From positions 17,780,795 to 17,844,794 of the forward strand of contig NC_092670.1 in the NCBI RefSeq assembly GCF_964355755.1: a stretch of DNA of 64,000 bases. The letters are read 5' to 3'. The stretch is from Antedon mediterranea (Eukaryota; Animalia; Echinodermata). Of the stretch, positions 37,627 to 50,435 are shown one piece after another (within the stretch, counting starts at the first letter, position 1; each line of letters begins with the position of its first letter). The translations under genes and the position numbers were made by a program. Under the pieces are notes generated by a model, which saw only the letters and a program-made list of their open reading frames with translations, searched no databases and was not told the origin of the DNA.

Positions 37627-38099
37627 GGTGTTAGAAGAACTGTTTCGTGAACAGAAAATGGGATGCGAATGTTCTTTTAATCGCGAGTGCTTGCGTCGTC
37701 TGTGTACATGGTTACTTGGTTGCCGTGCGCGTGTGCAACATCCAATCTGCCTTTTTGTACGCCGCGGAAATAGGCGCGCTTCAAAGTGTCACATCATCCA
37801 TGATGCTTCGATGTATGTAAAATAATATATAATTATCAATTAACGTGATCAGCTTGGTGTAAATTATGCATGAACCAACCCTAGGCCTACAGTGCATTCT
37901 ACCTCTATCATATTCTTAATTATTCTTATTCTGATTTTTTTTTTCTTTTTTGTTGCTTTTAGCCTCACACAATTCACCACTCAACATTACTGGATTGAAA
38001 GTTATTATCTTATCTATTTGCACTTTACTTTTAGTTTTAATTTCAACGAACAACATACAGGAAACTTGCTCACTTTTTCTACAGCAGTAGGCCAAAAGA

Positions 38100-38270
38100 G
38101 GGCAGTCGACGAGAAGCGACTTGGGGGTTTTGAATACGCATGCGCAATTAAAGCTACTGTTTCGATTCATAATTTCCTTCCTGACGTGATTGGATGAAAT
38201 TGTTATGTTATGATTGATGATCCTTAGCTTAAAAACCGTTCTCGCCGTCGATCTCAGCGTCAACCGGGAA
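38100..38270. promoter_or_regulatory. Putative (bidirectional) promoter between the MGCGSS gene and the tastin-like gene
   Basis: CpG-rich patch with TTTGAA (CHR-like, 38129-38134), TACGCATGCGCA (NRF1-like, 38135-38146), TGACGTGA (CRE-like, 38182-38189) and ATTGG (CCAAT, 38189-38193). Confidence 0.5.
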
Positions 38271-38735
38271 ATTTAATGTTGTTAGTGAAACACAGTATAA
38301 TTTTCTGTTTTTAGAATATTTAACGGAATTTTATATAATAAATTAGTTTAAGTTAATATATTTGTAACAGAGGCTTTCCAAAATAAATAGTTTTAATAAT
38401 CTTTAAGCCATCTTTAGCTATCCAAAGTCGTCGTCGTTACTTACCTCTAGAGGCCTAACTAGGCCTTATATAGGCCTAGGTAGGCCTAGGTAGGGTAGGC
38501 CTAGGGGGGTGAAGTAGGCTAGGCCTCCTCTATCCAGGCTTACTATCTTTGCTTAACTAGGCTAGGCTAGCTAGCCTACTAAAGCCAGGCCTAGCCTACC
38601 TAGCTTTAATAAAAAGAACTAAGTCTACTACTAGCCTAGAGTAGTGGGCAGTAGGGCTCTGCTGGTCTCTTCTATTCTATAATATTATTACTATTAATTA
38701 GAATCCAAATAAAATTATTTAGGCCTAGGAGGGCC

Positions 38736-39931
38736 GGATTACCGTCGAAGCGGCCGCTAGTTCAATAACGGTAATTTGTATGGAACGCCGTGTGCGCTTT
38801 GATTGTCGTTGTTTTGTAACTTTTGATTGTCATTGTTTCGATCGACAGGTTTTCTTTTCCTCGGATGTAAATAACAACCTACATTATTACTATTATGTAA
38901 TTTATTCTCTTTTTTTACAGATTGAATGTGATACGTTCTTTTAAACGAAATGGCGAATCGATGATTACTTACTTTAACTGTTTAATAAAGTCAATAAAAT
39001 ACATTGTGGTGTTTGTATTGTATATTAATATAATATATAATAAGCCAATTATTAAGAATAATATATATATTTTTTCAATAAAGTATATCAAAATATATAT
39101 ATTTGTTATTGTATATTGCAAGTGTCTGTACGGTACGGTAATTCATTACGCAAATTTCTGCTAATAACTCGACTGGCGGCCGGCCAGGAATAGTGCTGTA
39201 GAAGGTCGCGTTTTCGTCTTCACGTTGCTTTATTGAAAACACAAACAATTTATTACAATGGAATAACACTTAAATATATAACAGACCCTATTACTAATCA
39301 TTAAAAACAAGATTCGATAGTATTGTGTAAACGAGATATAAAAATTCGGCAATACCGTACGTAAATTATTATTGCAATACTGTATAAATGATTCGATGTA
39401 AATGAGATATAAAGATTCGGCAATACCGTACGTAAATTATTAATGCAATACTGTATAAAGATTCGATAGGAGAGTGCTCAAGAAACGTCGGGTCAGTTCA
39501 ACGTTATTTTTTTCCTTCACTGCCAACGTATTTAAAAAAAAAAAGAGATATAAATAAATAAACAAATAAATAGTACGTAAATGAGACATAAAGGTTCAAT
39601 AGTATGTAGATTATGATGCAAACGTAAATTATTAATGATTTGATAGTATATGTAAATATATTTAGTTAGTTAATATTAAAATACAAATAAAATATACATT
39701 GATTTATCGGCGCGGCAGGCAAAATTAATTATTATAGAAATATAAAGATTCGATAGTACATGATTTGACTTATATTTATTGGTTTGACCATACATACAGC
39801 TGTAAATCAACTCGCCATAGGCCATGGCGTTGACAACGACAATCAAAGATTAAAGCGCACATGGCGTTCCATACAAATGACGATATTAAACTGGCGGCCG
39901 CTTTCGTTGGCGGCCGCTTCGACCATACTCC
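38736..39931. mobile_element. MULE/Merlin-like non-autonomous element with 8-bp TSD
   Basis: ~80-100-bp imperfect TIRs GGATTACCGTCGAAGCGGCCGC...TTTGTATGGAACGCC / GGCGTTCCATACAAA...GCGGCCGCTTCGACCATACTCC. Perfect TSD GGAGGGCC at 38728-38735 and 39932-39939. Internal degenerate tandem repeats at 39300-39700. Confidence 0.85.
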
Positions 39932-40278
39932 GGAGGGCCTAGGGCCTAGGCCTATATTAGTAAATATTATATTGTTATATTTTGGTCTGAGATTGTTGTA
40001 GGCTTCAATCTTCTTTCTATTCTACAATTAATTATGGATTGTTCCTTGCTTGCCTTCCTTTTATTGTTTTTTAATGTTTGTTGTGTTGAGGTAATGAGAT
40101 TGAGAAGGTAAGCTCAAGCCAAGACACAAAAGTTACTCTAATCTAAATGAGTTCCCCCACAAACTAGGCTTATCTATAACTATACCACTACAAAGTTGCC
40201 AAGACTAAAAAAAATATTGATCCATAAATTAGATTATTTTATTTTTTGAAGCAGATGCCTTAAGTGTAGTCAATCAAC

Positions 40279-43200
40279 ATGTCAACCAAAAGTAGGCCTG
40301 CTGGCAGTGGTAGAGTATACAACTTAAGGTGAGATTTGATCAAACGTTATATAATTTATATGCAGAAGAGCATTCGGCACTAATCTACTGTATACTCCTT
40401 AAATTTACCTAAAATTGTTTCAATACCTCATCAAACGTACTTGTAAGTTTCAAACATGCTGCAACAAGTCCAATGATTTTAAATTTGTTATTCCTAATTA
40501 TTTGTAATTTGCACCATGATTAGTACTATACTACAGTATTATTATATTTTTAAAATGTTTATCTTTATAACTGAATGATTTGCTTTGATCATGAACTTGC
40601 CAGTAATGATAGCTTACAGTCCCACTAACAAATGGTTATTACAACTTCTTATAATTCAGAAGTAATATCCCGGTTAAAAAGAAAACTGGCACAACAACGA
40701 AAACAGATGCAACGAAGCCTAGACCAAGTACTAAGGCTCGTGCAATTCCAGACTTCAAGAAACTTCATGAAAATTGGAATGACAAATTTAATAAGGTAAT
40801 GCTTTGTTTATTCATCAGTCCATCCATCAATTTGTATCGAATAAACAAGGCATTGGATGACAAAGATTACACAAGCTACTTGAGATGGATAACAGCTGCA
40901 CCCGTGTATTCTCAACATTTAATATGTTTCGCCAACATTAGTCATTCATCATAAACTGTCATCATGTAATTTATAAGCTTTGTTTAGTTTTAAGTCAATC
41001 CATCAGATGCAATACATTGTGAATGTAATCATTCCTTCTTTTATAGGTCTGTCTACGCTATCAAACTAGTTTGACAAAAACAGTGTGATGTACCCAAATA
41101 TGGTAGTGATATGACATCATGTCCATATATGGCCACATCACATATTTTCACATAAAGTTTAATAGTGTAGACAGAACATCCATCAGATGCTATCTATTGT
41201 GAATGTAACCATTCCTTCTTTAAGTTAATCCATCACATACCATCCATCCATTGTGAATGTAACTATTCCTCCTTTTAAGTCAATTCATCAGATGCCATCT
41301 ATTGTGAATGTAACCATTCCTTTCTTCTTTTTTAAGGGTAAAGCTGTAAAGAAAAAGACATGTACTCAGGTAGATTATTATTTTAACTTTAATGTGGAGA
41401 TGTTAATTACTTGCTCTGAATATTTAATATGTTTTATTGAGGGCCCTTAATGGAACTGGGATAGACCACCATGACTAAACAGGGTATTCAATAAATAAAT
41501 GCAAAAAAAAAACATATTCATGCCCCACTGTTTTCCCTGCCTGCTGCATTGATTCCGGTGCAGTGTAAATGTTTCTTTATACATACTTGATCAGATACAG
41601 GCATTTGATCTAACAAGACCAGTTACAAGATCTCAGAAAAGTTTCAAGAGGGATGAGGTTGCAGTGGATGAGAGAGAGGAGTATCTAGATGACGAAGCTT
41701 TGCAGAGTGTACTAGACAAGACTAGCGTTGACAAGCAACAGGCTTCAACAGGTACATTCTACACAGTATTTTTATATTTCATTTAGTTTCTATGTTTTAT
41801 GGATCATAAAATACTTATCTGTTATATTTGATTTATATTGTTTTCATTAACATCATGAGCAATATTTTGTGACTATCATTTGTCATCACCATTAGCGGTA
41901 ATGCTTGCATTATAAGTATTGTTGGTATTATCAAATTCACCATGAATGAGTGGCTGAGCGGTTAAGACAGTGGAACTGTAATCCACAGCCATAACACCAG
42001 CAAGGGTTTTAGGCTCACTCCATAGTTTTGGTGGTAGAACAAGTCTTCTCGGATAATGACTATACCATAGGTCCAGTGTACGCATATTGCTCGTGTGCAC
42101 TTTAAAGAACCTAATACATCTTTCGAGACGAGTAGAGGGTTAACCCGGTGTACTAGTATACACACTGAGCCACTGTCATGGACAGACGTAATGACACCAT
42201 AGATGGCTGCCGATAACATGACGGGACCCTTAGGGGAGAAGAATGTTGTTGAAAGGGTGTAATATCTAAGTCCACAGCGCTCTGATCTTCACGAAATAGC
42301 GCTATGTTGCATTATATATGTATATTGTTTGTCATTATTATTATTATAACTGATTATCATAATTCTAATCTTTGCTATTGTTCATCACTTTGTTCATATT
42401 CATTGTTTTTTCTAGTTTTATTTACCAATATGCTTTAATAATAATTTTTTAAAATCTTGTAGAATGTTTGTTTGAAACAACAAATAGCGTCAGTTCTAGA
42501 ATTCTTCGTAGCCATCAAAATCCTCCTAAACCAGTCAAAAGCAGCAAAGATAAACTCGCTGCAAAACAGATCGGTCATGGAAACATAAAAGATACTAGTA
42601 AAACAGGTAACTAAGTTTGTAATGTATCATCTACTATCATAAATCATACATGATACAGGCACAACATGTGATACACATGAGATGCTGTATTTCCCTATGA
42701 TACAGCAATGATAATCGTGTAGAAATTTTATCTTTTCTTTCTTGTTAGAACTGGTTACTAAAAGCCGTAAAATTCCAATAAATGCTCTACAGGTTCGCCA
42801 ACATCACAAAGAAACAAGACAACAAAAGGCCCACACAATCAAAGATGAAGTGAAGATGGATAAGAAAGAGAATGAATATGACGGAAAACCTGAAAAAATA
42901 TCAATGAAAGATATGCAAAAAGGTTAGACTAAATTTTGTTTTGGTTCTAAAGCTTGTTTTTTTTTTGGTTTTTTTTCTGGAATTTTTTTAGCTTTTATTT
43001 ATTTTGTCTTAGGATTGTTAATAAAAAAAAAAGAATGTTTATGTTTTGTTAGAATTTGATATAGAGTTTAAAACAGATGTCGGCGCCCTCAACAGCATTT
43101 TGAACAACACCGGAATCAGTCATGCACGACCCATTGCTAGACAAACAACTGCAGGAATTGCAAATTCCAAATATGGTGGAAACAGACCAAATAAGGTATT

Positions 43201-46200
43201 TGATAGAAGACAATAACAGATAAAGAATAATGATAATTTCCAATTGTAGGTAGTCTCATTTTGTTATGACTGTTTTATTCCAGGCTTACCTAAGGACATC
43301 TATATATGATCGACCAGTTCGTAATTCCATATATGATCGTAGGTGGACTAAAGCAAATTTTAGGACTCAAATGACGTCAAAATGGAATAGTAAGTATTTA
43401 ATCAACATTTATATACAGTAGAAACAATGGTATCAATAAACGATTATTATTACATTAAGATATACTGGCCCCCTGAAAAAGTAATTTTTAAATTGTTTTT
43501 TGTTTGAATATGCCATTTGTTTTGCCTAATAAAAATACAATTTAAAGTTTAAACAATTTCAAATTTTCTGTCAGACAATGGGTTTTTGATTAATTTAACC
43601 ATTTTAGTAAAAATTATTATTTTGTTTTCTGTTTTTTATTCTGAAGTAAATTTATGCATTATGCAAATGATTTGTACAGTAAATTTGTAATTATGCATTA
43701 TGCAAATGATTTGTAACTGTTGTTCTTTCCAAGACAAAACTCCATCACCTGTAAAGCAAATGTTGACAACACCAGCAAGAGTTCTTCAACCTAGGAACCA
43801 AAACCAGCTTGTGATAAAAACTCCTGGTGTAAAGACACCAGGAAAAGGCATTTACGGACTGACAACAACAATGCCAAAGACTCCTGTAACAGTATGTATG
43901 AATTATTGCTAATTCACATGATAATGTGTTTAATATGTGCACATAAATTATATGTGCAGAGGTTTTGAAGGCTTCATAAGCTGAAGACATATACTGATAT
44001 TAACATGAGAGTGGAATTATAGCTTGGTGGTTAAAACGCTCGGCTACCAATCCAAGTGTCCTCATTCAAATCCTGTCATATGTCAGGATTTGTTCTCATG
44101 AAAAAAATAAAAAACAACTTCACTTGTTTGTTCTTTTAACAGGATTTTCACCTTTAAAAAGGACAGTGAATAAATTCACTTAAGCCTGGTTTCCAATAAT
44201 GCTATTTAACAAATGCTATTTCACAAAGCTGTTCCCGACGCAATCTGGAAGGCTTCCCAAATTAATCGCAGTCAAATCGGCAAAGTTCAACCAGGTTTAA
44301 CCTTTACAGTTATCCTTGCTAATTTGCTTTAATATATGTATAAACAATATTAACAAATACTATTATTGTATTCCTTATTATTCCCCTATCTATTCCTATT
44401 ATAGGCTTCTCGTGTCGCCAATCTTAAATTCAGTGCCATGGTACCTACTGCGCCTTCACCTTGTCAATCACCCGCTGTGAGAAAGACTGTCAATATACCA
44501 ACACCTCAAAGAGTAACTAGACCACAGGTATGTAATGCAAAATCTTGAAAATCTATTTACCCAGGGAAGATTTACTAATTTCACTCTTCCCTGATTTATC
44601 TACCCTATGGCTTATTTCTCCTAGATAAAACCACATTTTTTCTTGCAGCAGAAATTGATCTTAAAAAAAATAGAACAAAAAATTATTAATACCATATTTT
44701 TACACATACAATTATTTTGGTCCTAAAGGCCAATTTACACAAACAAGTGGCAACGGTAAGCAGGAAAACTGCTGTGCTTGTCCCACATAGAATCTGTAGC
44801 CTATCTTTTCTAAGCGTGTTTCTGCTCGACCACTGCATGTTTTGTGTAAGTGCATGTCATTAGGAATAACATGGATTCTTTACTTTTGTTTTCCACTTAC
44901 CATTGACGTTACCACTTACCTCATCTGTGTCAATTAACCCCAATGCTGCATTTAGTAGAATGTAAGTAATTTTATAGTTGAGTTTTTATTCTTTCTCTCT
45001 CTCTCTTTTGTGAAGAGTTCAACCAAAAAGAAAGTTAGATGGGCAGAGGTATTAAAGTCTCCTGAAGACCACACTGCAATAAAACAAAGTGAAATTGTAA
45101 GTTCATCTTCTTTTACAAAATTAAGTTCTTTTATTTCTTGCGCATCCAACAACAAGAAACTATATTACCTTGTACTTGGTCAAGATTGAACTTTTGATCT
45201 TCGATCTAGAAAGCAAACACATTAGCCACCAAGCTACTACTTCAATCTTAATTATTTTTATTTTTCCAGGATGAAATAGTGACTATTTTAAAGTTTACCG
45301 ATGTTGATGATAATGAAACAAAAGAGAATGAGATGAAACCTGAACAGAATACAACAGAGGAATACTTACAGGTAAGGATTGGTTCCCACAGGGATTGAGT
45401 CAAGATCATCATAAGTAATTTTTCTAATCACCACTTGATTGGATGCTCAAACTGTCACTTGTGATTGGTCGACTCATTTGCTTGCTTTATCTTAAGATAT
45501 GCTTGTTAATTTGTTGATTCTTGACTTGTACTTTGTAGAAGTAATGTATTCAAATTTCTTTATTTTTCAGAAAGTAATTGAGCTTGAAAAACAACTTTTA
45601 CAAGAGATTCATAAGCTTCAGGAAGAAAGGAAACCAATACAAAATGAGTCATGTGACTCTGCCCATCCAATCAATGAACAAGCTATACAGAAAGCATCAT
45701 CAATTGCTCACACTGATTTAAAATTTGTGAAAATCCAGGAGGATCTTCTAAACGCGGATAATGATTCAGAGAGTTCATGTGAACCTCTTGACCTTACTGT
45801 CAAAGCGCCCTCAAGAACTGTGAATGAGGCACAATCTGTGTTCAAATTGCCATTGCCAATGGACAGAGTTCATCCAGTTCGTCCACAGACATCAACAACA
45901 TCAGTAAATTCTTCTAGGATGTTACAAAACGTGACAGCTAAAGCAGCAGTTACAAGCAGGTTATGCAGTGCTACTGATGGGGTCAAAGCCTCTCCGTTGA
46001 TGGTAAATAATCGTCTTGATAATCCTAGCATGCCAACTTCTAATACTCCAAAATCAATGAGAACACCATTGAGTTCTGATAGCAACACTAATCTGCATTC
46101 CTTGAACTCTGAGCTACATTCCTTGAACTCTGACCTGCAATCTGGTTTTGATGGACTGATTGCCATGCATCAGATCTCACAAGAAAGGACGCCTAGCAGA

Positions 46201-48194
46201 AAGTTTTCTGCATTAGAGAACAATACTTCAGGTCAAATGCAATATATTTCAGAGCATTTTAAAACCGCAAGTTCTTTGTATAATCATGGTTTACATAAAC
46301 ACACTGATGGCACTATCACAGACCAAAGTGCTCATACCACTTTGAGTTTGTCATCACCAAATAGTGACGACACAGAGTGCCATGCTAAGAAGTCTGAACA
46401 TATGGAGGCAGAAGTGTTAATTTCTGGAGTGGTATCTGTACCTACACCTTTGAAAAGAGTAACCAAAACCGTGCAATACGAATCACCTTATGGTGAAATT
46501 GAAAAGAGGCGTCATGTAGCACACTCTGCTCCATCAGTTCATGAAGACAGAAAGATCTCATCTAGCATAACACAACCGTCGGAAGGTTTTACTAATATTC
46601 AACCATTGTCTCCTTGTGAAGTACCTGACAAAGAATACTACAGAATGACCTCAATTTACCCTTCTGAATATTCAAATCTCACATCTGTTGCATTGCATCG
46701 AGATCGATTACTAGCCCTGTCAAACATCGTAATAAGCCCTGTGCCACGATATGCAAATAAACCTAAATGCATGACCGTAAACGGTACAGCTTTAAATAGC
46801 CAGTTACCTCTGCACAATGATGGGCATATGGATAAAGGTCAACGTTCAGATTCCTCAAGTAAAAGTGTTCAACTAACGCATGTTCAGAAGCTTCAACATG
46901 CAATCGGTAAGATGTGATTATTAAATAGAAATAAATAAAACATTTTTAAAGTTCAGTACAATTATTCTTCTTTAACATGTTTTGTCTTGCAACATTACAC
47001 TTTGTAGGGGATGCAGTGTTGCAGCTTTTTTCTTGTTGATCTTTGTCTATTTGACTGTTACAATTATATTTTGTTTTTTTAATTTTCTTGTTTAAAAACA
47101 AAAAAACGTGCCCATAATAATAATACCGTATTTGGACATCACCACCATATTTGAGCACATTGCACTTTTTTGTTGTATACAGACAAAGCTTTATATCTAA
47201 AGTTGTGTAACATCATCTTCAGCCAAGTTGTGTTTGTTAGAAAATATTACTGATGCCCATCTGCTTGTTTTTGTTTAGCATTAGGTAATAATGGCGGAAA
47301 GTATGAGGAAGTGTTTTTAAATGAAGAGGTGGCTTTGTTTGCTTGTCGTCTACGGAGCAAATTTAGCCCCAAACCAAAGGTGCCGCACAACTTCACAAAT
47401 CCTCTAGCAACTACTTTACTACATGGTGATGAAAGAGTAGTAAGTATTATTATTATTATATTTATACATAATTAATCACCAAATTATTTAAGAAATAAAG
47501 TAAGATACATGGATATATATATAATAATACGTCAATCTAAAGGCCAATTTACACAGACCAGCGGTAACGGTAATAAAAATATAGAATCTATGTTATTACT
47601 TATGACCATTTACACACAACGCAGAGCGGACGGACGGTTTCCATTCAAGATAGATACAGATTCTATGTGGGTCAATCTACGCGGTTTTCCGCTTACCGTT
47701 ACCGCTCGTCTGTGTAAATTGGCCGTTAAAGTGGCTTAATGCACAAATCCTGTAAGCGCTTCACATTATTACCCCAGTCAATTTTTGGATTAAACATGTA
47801 TGGAAATATACAGTACTCCCATGCTGTTGCAGCCAGTAATCCGCGCAGTAATTGTGTTTTACTTATACCAGGTACCCATTTGTACACATGGGTTAGGCAA
47901 ATGTAACTTAAGTATCTTGCCTAAGGATACTAGCAATGCGAAGAGCGTTAGATTCAACCTCATGATCAATAGTCCAACGTTCAACACACGGCACCACACG
48001 CCCTCACATTAAGATTCACTTAATATATATGCATAATACATTAAATAACAATCAAAGTTTGATGGTCGACAATCTATTATTAACATTGTTATCATTATTT
48101 GTTTTTCTTTTAGCATTTTATTCCAATAGATGATGCAACAGAGTTGAAAGCCTTACCCATCCCAGGATCTGCATTCATGGCTTTAAAGCATTGA
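40279..48194 (+). CDS. TROAP: Tastin (trophinin-associated protein)-like mitotic protein, 15 coding exons, ~994 aa
   Basis: Exons 40279-40328, 40660-40795, 41337-41369, 41595-41751, 42463-42606, 42749-42922, 43053-43195, 43284-43389, 43734-43891, 44405-44527, 45016-45096, 45270-45371, 45571-46906, 47279-47439 and 48114-48194 are all GT-AG, phase-consistent and total 2985 nt. SNIPV, EFKTDVGALNSILNNTGI and YEEVFLNEEVALFACR...TNPLATTLLHGDERVHFIPI recall human tastin SKIPV, EFVADPAALATILSGEGV and FHEARLDDECAFYTSR...TNPVATLLEWQDALCFIPV. The gene structure is more certain than the name. Confidence 0.8.
41940..42350 (+). mobile_element. Full-length tRNA-derived SINE with LINE-like tail, in a tastin-like intron
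   Basis: A-box GTGGCTGAGCGGTTAAG, a GC-richer body, a 3' CAGCGCTCTGA...ATAGCGCTAT stem and an (ATT)n tail. Confidence 0.65.
47541..47725. mobile_element. Harbinger-like MITE (family C)
   Basis: TIR GGCCAATTTACACAGACCAGCGGTAACGGTAA / TTACCGTTACCGCTCGTCTGTGTAAATTGGCC with TAA/TTA flanks. A decayed copy lies at ~44727-44940. Confidence 0.82.
47750..48005 (-). mobile_element. SINE remnant
   Basis: AAGCGCTTCACA...CCAGGTACCCATTTGTACACATGGGT...AAGTATCTTGCCTAAGG is the reverse-strand pattern typical of metazoan core-domain SINEs. Confidence 0.5.
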
Positions 48195-50129
48195 TAGGAA
48201 TGAATAGAGGTATACAGTACTTTATGAACAGATAGTCTAATGGTATAGTTACACATGACAAAGCAGTCGTTACTTTATGCATATTAGAACGTAACAAGAG
48301 ATGTCACAAACCAAAAGGTGTCGCAAACCAAAAAATGTCACAAACCAAAATATGTCAGCAGTGATCGAGGTGCGGTGCCATATTTGTCCAGATAAAGCAG
48401 CTTTTGATTTGATGTGGCATCATGAGAAGGTTATACCTTTCAATCGAAGTCATCCATGCTCCCTGCTGATTTGACAAAAGAAAGAAAGAAATCGTACAAT
48501 TTAAGCAAACAAATGGGTTCTTGATTCATCGCTCCGATGGATTTCGAATCTGGTACATATTCAAATTGTACAAATTTGGTGTGAACAATCCAATGCTTTA
48601 CCTGAACCCATTTTCAATGATGTTTTTCTCAAGGCACCTGATTGAATCCGGCCACGATGTGAAAACAGCTTTAGGCTGAATACAATGAAAAACCAAAAAA
48701 TAACCATTTTTAATTGTAATACATGTAGGCCTACTAAATCGCTACAGATGTCATAAACCAACATTAAGCCTTGTCTACACTATCAAACTTTATGTGACAA
48801 AAAAATGTGATGTGCCCATATATGGATATTATGATGTCATATCACTACCATATGTGGGCATATCACTACCATATTTGGGCACATCACACTTTTTTTGTCA
48901 AACTAGTTTGATTAGTGACAGAGCATTAGATATGCCTTTAGAATTTGTCAGCACCTGCTCAGCAGGCCTTTGGAGGTTACACACTTATGATGCACAAAAC
49001 GCCGATGTTGAGGCCTCTCTGTGTGTAAACTCTTGTCGAGTCTTGTTACGCCATGTGAATTAAGTATACGGGTCATTTAATCATGTTTAAACTAAAGGAT
49101 CTAATCATGCTTTGAATTCAATGATACTTTGAGTAGAAATTATTGCACTTTCAATCGCATTAAATAAAATGTCTACATAGTGGAATAATAATCACAGCAG
49201 TCTTGTCACTATTGCAGTGATAGTTACCATTTATATTGTAAATTTGTATAGAGCTAAGACCGTTCATATGTGCATTGGATCAGAGGCGATGTTGCATGCA
49301 ATAAAAGGCAGGCAATGCAATCATGATTATGCCAGATAACAGCTTCTAAAATATAGTTAACTTGTGGCCCGAACGGGCTTCCGTACATATGAAATGAAAT
49401 TGTATATACATTTATTTACTGTACATGTAATGTATACTTGCCTAAATGTTTTTATAAAACATTACATTTTTGGGATTTTTTTAAAATTGCAGTGTGTATA
49501 TAATATTGTATACAGTCATAAACTAAAAAAATTACATGTTTTGAGTTTTATTGTTTTTTTATTTGTAGAAGTATTTGATTTGACATGACATTTATGGAGG
49601 TTCTAGGTTTGCATAAAAACACACATTAAGACGGTTGCAATTGGTCATCCAGTTCGATTTGACCCAAAAGAGAACTGTTCACCAATGACAATCCTACAAC
49701 CATGCCAATGTTTGGCACAGTGGTTTTGTATTGTGTACATATGTAGTCCTAAGCCTAGATATGTGATGACACGATGACATATCTAGTTTGATAGTGTGGA
49801 CAGAGCTTTAAACATGCAGAATTTACAGAACTAGTAAAAAAATGTAATACCTGTATTGATATGCTAATAGAATATTTATTTATTCATCAAACATGTAAAA
49901 CAGTTATTCTACATACAAACAAAAATTCCCCCCCAAAAACATAATAACGTAATGATATTAACAAGTCCCATTAAAACAAGTACAATGTTCATAATTACTA
50001 ATATAAATATTATGATAATAAATAACTAGTTTTGAAACAGAATGGAATAATTTACAAATAATTAATCAGGCACTGCATACAAAGATGTACATATACATAT
50101 TATTAACGGAAAACCACCTTCCACAAAAT

Positions 50130-50435
50130 ATACATTTTTCTTTCCATATAATAGACAAGACAACTAGAATTTATTCTGTGGTCTTACAGGATGATACCTT
50201 TACGCGACAAGTCACTGGGTCGAATCGTACAAGACATTTTTCTTTCCATACACTGTACTAGACGAGACAACTTAAATCTAATCTGTGGTCTTATGGTATG
50301 ATACAAGCCCTTTATGAAACAAGTCACTGGGTCGAATCGTACAAGACATTTTTCTTTTCATACACTGTACTAGACAAGACTGTGGTATTATGAGACGATA
50401 GATATGTTCCCTTTAAGAAACAAGTCACAAGACTT
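50130..50435. repeat. ~120-bp degenerate direct repeat, about 2.5 copies
   Basis: ACAAGTCACTGGGTCGAATCGTACAAGACATTTTTCTTTYCATACACTGTACTAGAC occurs at ~50207 and ~50328. Confidence 0.8.

Noticed and set aside
40660-40795. Calling the + strand gene NUSAP1 or FAM161 from PDFKKLH
   Set aside because: No SAP domain or other NuSAP/FAM161 blocks were recognised, whereas three separate blocks, including the C-terminus, resemble tastin.
45499-46917. 472-aa ORF as a standalone gene
   Set aside because: It has an acceptor at 45570 and a donor at 46907 that join in phase to flanking exons; it is exon 13 of the tastin-like gene.
48290-48760. Possible mobile element or ORF (48561-48764) after the tastin stop
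   Set aside because: Short ACAAACCAAAA repeats and composition suggest a repeat, but I could not define ends, a TSD or a second copy.
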